Positions 32,921 through 38,889 of a stretch of 38,889 nt of DNA are shown here, one piece after another. The translations under genes and the position numbers were made by a program. Each line of letters opens with the position of its first letter. The first letter of the stretch is position 1. Below the pieces are notes generated by a model that saw only the letters and a program-made list of their open reading frames with translations, did no database searches and was not told the origin of the DNA. Origin of the DNA: Tubiluchus corallicola (taxonomy: Eukaryota; Animalia; Priapulida); the NCBI GenBank assembly GCA_030141605.1, contig JAQGDQ010001478.1:1-38889 (forward strand), written 5' to 3'.

Positions 32921-34599
32921 CCTAACTATATCATGCTATAGTCTACTAATGTAGTTCTGTTACAATTATTGTAACTATATTTCATTTTCTAGTTATAGGG
33001 CATAATAGTTAAAGATAATAATGCAAATTGTAATGTAAAAATACATGCTGAAGTGATAATAAATTACAATTACACTGATTACTTACTATTTTTAAGGCCA
33101 CATTTTTTAAAAGTTTTGTCATTAATTTACATTATAAAAACTCTGTTAACATGCGTAATTGGTCAAGCTGTGTACGGTTCATGTACACGTTGTACAGCAC
33201 AAGGTACACTTTCTTTTTACAATTACATACATGTAATTAATACAAAATAATTGAAAACTAAGTGAGGCCAAAATTATTCTAAAACTACTTCAGATTAAGC
33301 TGATGAAGATGTTTTTTTTTTGTTCAAACACCAGGTGGCTGCTGTAAAAATGTATCTTTATAACTGCATGTTCTAATTTTGGGTAAGATAAACTGATAGC
33401 CACGGCAATCAGATTAACGAAGATTTAGAAGCAAACGGGATTCTTGTCCTGTGAACTACTACAAGCTCATTTTCTGTGGTCGTCAACATGGTTCAACATT
33501 TTACTGACCATCTTTTTGATCTTTTCGAGATTTTTACATTCTTCAATTTATAGTTTATAATGGAATAACTGGCAGTTGTGCTCTAGCATACTCAGAATAC
33601 TTTGGAAAATGTTAGCACAAGTTAGTAATGCTAACGATAATGATACACATTGATGATCATCTCATATCGTATCGATACGAAAAATTTGTTTTTGTCGTTA
33701 TCATTACCGTAGACTTTTTTACTTTTTTTCAGCAATTATGCAAATTAAGAAGTGGACAAAAAGAATTATTTAATATTATAAGTTTGTTAGACTCCGAATC
33801 ATTTTCTTGTACTTTCGCCTGGCAATAACGGCTATCTTCATTCTCAAAAGTATACGGATCCCTTTATACACTTAGAAAGATGACTTATACGCTTTGAATC
33901 CGATGTGCACATATCAAATACACTTACGATATTTTTACTATCACTTTGCCAGTCATGTGTAGCTTGCTTAGATAAATATTTTTATCACAGTAATATGTTT
34001 GTCTGTTGCAACTTACTTATTCATGAATCATTATGACAAACAAACTTGTGTTTCATAACTAGCAACCCTTTAAGTATACAAAACTGAACGTATTGAAGAA
34101 GTTAATAATTTTAGTTATTAATGATACTCTTTCTGTTATTTGCATCAATTTTCTAACTTCGGTATCATTTTTATTGTTCGAAATAATTCATCGTATCGCC
34201 TAGAAAATAGTTTGTCGTTATCGCATTGTTGGAAAAAAGTATCATGTCATATCACCAAATCTGTGTCATTTAACATCCCCAGCGCAAAGTGTCATTTACA
34301 GGCACTTTTTGTGCTTTTAAGGCGTAACACAGAACAAGAGTTCGACAGCTGGATCTGAGATGGATTCCCTTTTCGCCTTTCTTTAGGTGCTTTAGGCATT
34401 TGCCTATAATTAAACTCAAATGATGTCAATAACACACACAAATAACAAAAAGAGACAAACAACTTACAATCATACAATTTACAACACGGCACACACGTAC
34501 AAAATTACCATAAAACGAAAAGGTCATCAGGTGAGGCACTGGGAAAGATCCAGAATTCGGTCCTTACTCACTTCACACTCTTGTGGCAGGGACCTAGTC

Positions 34600-35967
34600 A
34601 CATTGACTGCCCAACCTTAGATGTTAAAGTGGTAATTACACACATAACACATAATACATTGACTGCTCAATGTTAGATATTAAAGTGATAACTACAGACA
34701 TAACACATAATACATTGACTGCTCAATGTTAGGTATTAAAGTGATAACTACAGACATAACACATAATACATTGACTGCTCAATGTTAGGTATTAAAGTGA
34801 TAACTACAGACATAACACATAATACATTGACTGCTCAACGTTAGGTGTTAAAGTGATAACTACAGACATAACACATAATACATTGACTGCTCAACCTTAG
34901 ATATTAAAGTGATAACTACAGACATAACACATAATACATTGACTGCTCAATGTTAGATATTAAAGTGATAACTACAGACATAACACATAATACATTGACT
35001 GCTCAATGTTAGGTATTAAAGTGATAACTACAGACATAACACATAATACATTGACTGCTCAATGTTAGATATTAAAGTGATAACTACAGACATAACACAT
35101 AATACATTGACTGCTCAATGTTAGGTATTAAAGTGATAACTACAGACATAACACATAATACATTGACTGCTCAACATTAGGTATTAAAGTGATAACTACA
35201 CTCATACCACATAATACATTGACTGCTCAACCTTAGATATTAAAGTGATAACTACAGACATAACACATAATACATTGACTGCTCAACCTTAGATGTTAAA
35301 GTGATAACTACAGACATAACACATAATACATTGACTGCTCAACCTTAGATGTTAAAGTGATAACTACAGACATAACACATAATACATTGACTGCTCAATG
35401 TTAGATATTAAAGTGATAACTACAGACATAACACATAATACATTGACTGCTCAACATTAGGTATTAAAGTGATAACTACACTCATACCACATAATACATT
35501 GACTCCCCAACCTTAGATGTTAAAGTGATAACTACAGACATAATACATTGACTGCTCAACATTAGGTATTAAAGTGATAACTACAGACATAATACATTGA
35601 CTGCTCAACGTTAGGTATTAAAGTGATAACTACAGACATAATACATTGACTGCTCAACGTTAGGTATTAAAGTGATAACTACAGACATAATACATTGACT
35701 GCTCAACGTTAGGTATTAAAGTGATAATTGCAGACATAATACATTGACTGCTCAACGTTAGGCATTAAAGTGATACCTACAGACATAATACATAATACAT
35801 TGACTGCTCAACGTTAGGCATTAAAGTGATAACAACAGACATAACACACAATACATTGACTGCTCAACATTAGCTATTAAAGTGATAACAACAGACATAA
35901 CACATAATACATTGACTGCTCAACATTAGCTATTAAAGTGATAACTACAGACGTAACACATAATACA
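34600..35967. repeat. Minisatellite, 56-bp unit (four 48-bp variants), about 25 copies, PDIA4 intron 1
   Basis: ACATTGACTGCTCAATGTTAGRTATTAAAGTGATAACTACAGACATAACACATAAT repeated. Confidence 0.98.
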
Positions 35968-36171
35968 AAGCACACACAGAACATCAACGTAAACCGTGTG
36001 CAAACATCAAGTGAAAACGTGGGTCACCTGCTACTGAGTTAGTGCGCAGAGCTTTGAGACTGGAGTTCAAATCCTGCTTTTTGTTAGCCCTTTTTTTGTT
36101 CTTCTCAAACCAGTAAGTGCTGATTTGGTACTTCTCATTTTAACTTTGTTGTTTTTCTGTCATTGTTGTAG

Positions 36172-36331
36172 TCGACTTAGATGATTCGAACGAAGATGAT
36201 GACATTGAAGATGTGGATGAAGATGATGACGATTTAGAGGATGATAGTGATGTTCTTGTACTTACTCAGGAAAACTTTGACGACACAATAGCCGCTCATG
36301 ACGTAATACTTGTGGAATTTTATGCACCCTG
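36172..36331 (+). CDS. PDIA4: PDIA4 coding exon 2 (acidic region and start of first thioredoxin domain)
   Basis: [53 protein letters not shown]; an N-terminal acidic stretch is characteristic of ERp72. GTGAGT donor. A second in-frame AG at 36179-36180. Confidence 0.93.
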
Positions 36332-36565
36332 GTGAGTGAGGGAAAAATCAATTAAGCTTTTTTCTGCCTGATAATGACAAAATAAAAATTTTAATGGTAG
36401 AAAAAATCATAATTGTAGGAACTTTTCGTAAGGTACCGTTACCAAACTAAATTTCATTTAAAATGTATGATTTTAGTTTTGAACCTGTGTACCTTAGCTT
36501 AATTGAGTAAGTAGAAAATGTATTAACTTTGCTTACATTGTTTACATACCTGAGTTTAATTAAAG

Positions 36566-36771
36566 GTGTGGTCATTGCAAGCAGCTGGCACCGGAATACG
36601 CGGCTGCTGCCACTCGCTTGAAAGACAATGATCCTCCGATACCTCTGGCAAAGGTTGATGCAACTGTCGAAAAAGAACTCGCGGAGAGATACGAGGTCCA
36701 GGGTTACCCAACTCTCAAATTTTTTCGTAATGGTGAAGCTTCAGATTACGATGGTCCCCGGGAAGAAGACG
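36566..36771 (+). CDS. PDIA4: PDIA4 coding exon 3 (WCGHC active site)
   Basis: (W)[68 protein letters not shown]; 206 nt; donor GTATGA. Confidence 0.96.
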
Positions 36772-37006
36772 GTATGATTTACTTGTAAACTGGTGTATGG
36801 CAGCGCGATACTGTGAAATTTTTTTAGTTTAATTGTTATGATTGAACACCACAGATTCTACGACACTTTTACAGGAAAATGTTGTGTTTGGTAGATGTGG
36901 TACTGAAGTGATGCGGGTAACTTTTCCTTAATTAAGCTTGCTGTGAAAACTTAATATTTTTAGTTCTTAATTCTGCAAATCAACTTTAGAAACGGAATGC
37001 TTCTCA

Positions 37007-37310
37007 ACTGGACTGTATTGGGAGACCTAGTAATAGTCAACTGGACAGTACTTGCAGACCTAGTAATACTCGACTGGACAGTACTTGCAGACCTAGTAAT
37101 ACTCGACTGGACAGTACTTGCAGACCTAGTAATACTCGACTGGACAGTACTTGCAGACCTAGTAATACTCGACTGGACAGTACTTGCAGACCTAGTAACA
37201 GTTAACTGGACAGTACTTGCAGACCTAGTAATACTCGACTGGACAGTACTTGCAGACCTAGTAATACTCGACTGGACAGTACTTGCAGACGTAGTAATAC
37301 TCGACTGGAC
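37007..37310. repeat. Minisatellite, 33-bp unit x9, PDIA4 intron 3
   Basis: ACTGGACAGTACTTGCAGACCTAGTAATACTCG repeated. Confidence 0.97.
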
Positions 37311-37407
37311 ATTTGTCTTCAAAATGTTCTGGACTTCCAAATGTTTCTCAATCAGCAACTCGTGGGGTCTCACTGACTTTTAATTACGACAAATGATCTC
37401 AGCTAAT

Positions 37408-38246
37408 AAGCCTTTTCACAGTTTCATTGTGCGCACGTGCAGTTGCTGTAGGTCAAAGGTTAAGTGTCCCACAGCAATGCAGTTGAACTACAACTGTCAC
37501 GTGACATGTTCAGTTCAGTAACTTTTGTTGTTTTATGTGGACTTTACTTAGTTACACATTAGTCTGTGCCTAGTAGCACGATATTGCTTGGGAACAAGAA
37601 AAAATGAACTAGGTAAGGTTCTAGCTAGTTGTTAAAACTGTTACTATTATAGTAGCTGGCGGAATGTCCCAAAACAAAACTTCAAATTCCACATTGGCTT
37701 GCTAATGGTTATTTATTCTGAGAAAATAAAATAAAAGCATTTTGCAAATTCAGGTGATTATATAAGATTATTATAAAATAGGAACTAAATCATTCAGGTA
37801 TGAATTACAAAATTTTTACAAATTACAACAATTGATAAGTAGAAAAATGCTACGTGAAATAGAAATTAAACTTCTCTTTTAAGTAATCAAAAAATAATAA
37901 TAATAATCGTATTTAATTTACGTGTATTGGCCAGCCCTGGCATTTAAACTTATAGGCATCAGAAAACTGCAGAAACAGGTCACAAGCTTTTATCAAATCA
38001 TTGAATTTGGCTAAATTAAAACACACAGCATCACTTGAGTATATAAGTACAGGCTAACAAATTTAAAGCCAGAAATTCATTCAAGGCCTAAAAGGTGGCA
38101 GCACATGACAGTATGAGCTTATCCCCAACAGTTACAATAGCTCGGGCTGCAAGGCGTTGTCGAGCGTACACAAATGCGTTGTCTGGTACACTTAACCTTT
38201 GACCTTTCCACGATCATCATCAATCACTGCAACTGTGAAACGGCTT
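37408..38246. mobile_element. MITE copy B with a ~470-bp nested insertion, in PDIA4 intron 3
   Basis: TIRs AAGCCTTTTCACAGTT / AACTGTGAAACGGCTT with AT flanks. 37408-37657 and 38132-38246 match the reverse complement of copy A. Confidence 0.8.
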
Positions 38247-38471
38247 ATTGAGGGGTAGCAATGCATCCTATTACAAATTTTTTTCAAGGACTAATTTTTC
38301 GCATGATCACAAACATTTACTATAGCAGTTTGAATTCATTTCAGAATATAAAAATTTTGTATTGTACTTGCAGATTTGCAAAATTTAGCAATTGAATATT
38401 GTTTAGAAATTTATCAATACGCATGTTTTTATAGTATCATATACATAACTTATGGACCTTCTGATATCTAG

Positions 38472-38610
38472 GCATCGTTCAGTGGATGTTGGAAAGGGGT
38501 GATCCAAATTACAAACCGCCTCCCTCTTCTGTGCTTGTACTTACAAAAGAAAACTTTACCGAGACAACCGACAATGCGGAGATAATTCTTGTGGAATTTT
38601 ATGCACCTTG
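38472..38610 (+). CDS. PDIA4: PDIA4 coding exon 4 (start of second thioredoxin domain); gene continues beyond window
   Basis: (G)[46 protein letters not shown]; 139 nt. Two adjacent catalytic domains after an acidic region fit ERp72. Confidence 0.95.
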
Positions 38611-38889
38611 GTAAGTTGAGTTAAGCAAGTACTTTGAATGCAGATTTATAAACCCAAATTTGACTTTTGAGACGAGAGATTGTCCATTTTTTGTTTGCTC
38701 TTGTGACATTGTAGAAGTAGACGCTTGTGCACGGGTTACGCTTCTTGCAGGGATAGGAATTTTCCGCAGATACGCGGAATTCCGAGTTTTTGGAGACCAG
38801 TAGTGTCATTTTTGTAAATCGCGTAAATTTGTTGAGGAAATTTTTACAGACCCATTACATTATTTCACAAGCTGACCGCTAGATGGCAG

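Noticed and set aside
33627-34228. Possible MITE with ACGATAA/TTATCG subterminal repeats
   Set aside because: Ends match only partially and no TSD was found.
27949-36172. Esterase-PDIA4 fusion protein
   Set aside because: Splice phases are incompatible and PDIA4 has its own signal-peptide exon.
36960-37383. Overlapping 137-aa and 128-aa ORFs on both strands
   Set aside because: A stop-free 33-bp unit inside PDIA4 intron 3; exons 3 and 4 join correctly without it.

Overview
AT-rich, intron-rich animal (invertebrate-like) genomic DNA, not prokaryotic; no CRISPR or rRNA. I assembled four spliced protein-coding loci by hand. (1) The first two coding exons (RRM1) of an IGF2BP/Imp RNA-binding protein gene on the minus strand, running off the left edge. 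(2) A complete 4-exon UBE2V (UEV1/MMS2) gene on the plus strand, divergent from IGF2BP. (3) The first two coding exons of a secreted type-B carboxylesterase/cholinesterase-family gene whose remaining exons I cannot find. (4) Exons 1-4 of PDIA4 (ERp72) on the same strand, running off the right edge. Introns contain a young 5'-truncated LINE nested in a related older LINE, other LINE relics, MITEs, tRNA-derived SINE-like relics and about ten tandem arrays. Best leads: two candidate internal promoters/first exons in IGF2BP intron 2 that would give RRM1-less isoforms; an esterase gene that is either truncated or hosts PDIA4 as a same-strand nested gene; the LINE-in-LINE with two sets of TSDs; covarying LINE 3' hairpins; and an 897-bp higher-order repeat in a 46-bp satellite. 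Nothing here demonstrates a new biological system. All calls are by eye, with no database search.
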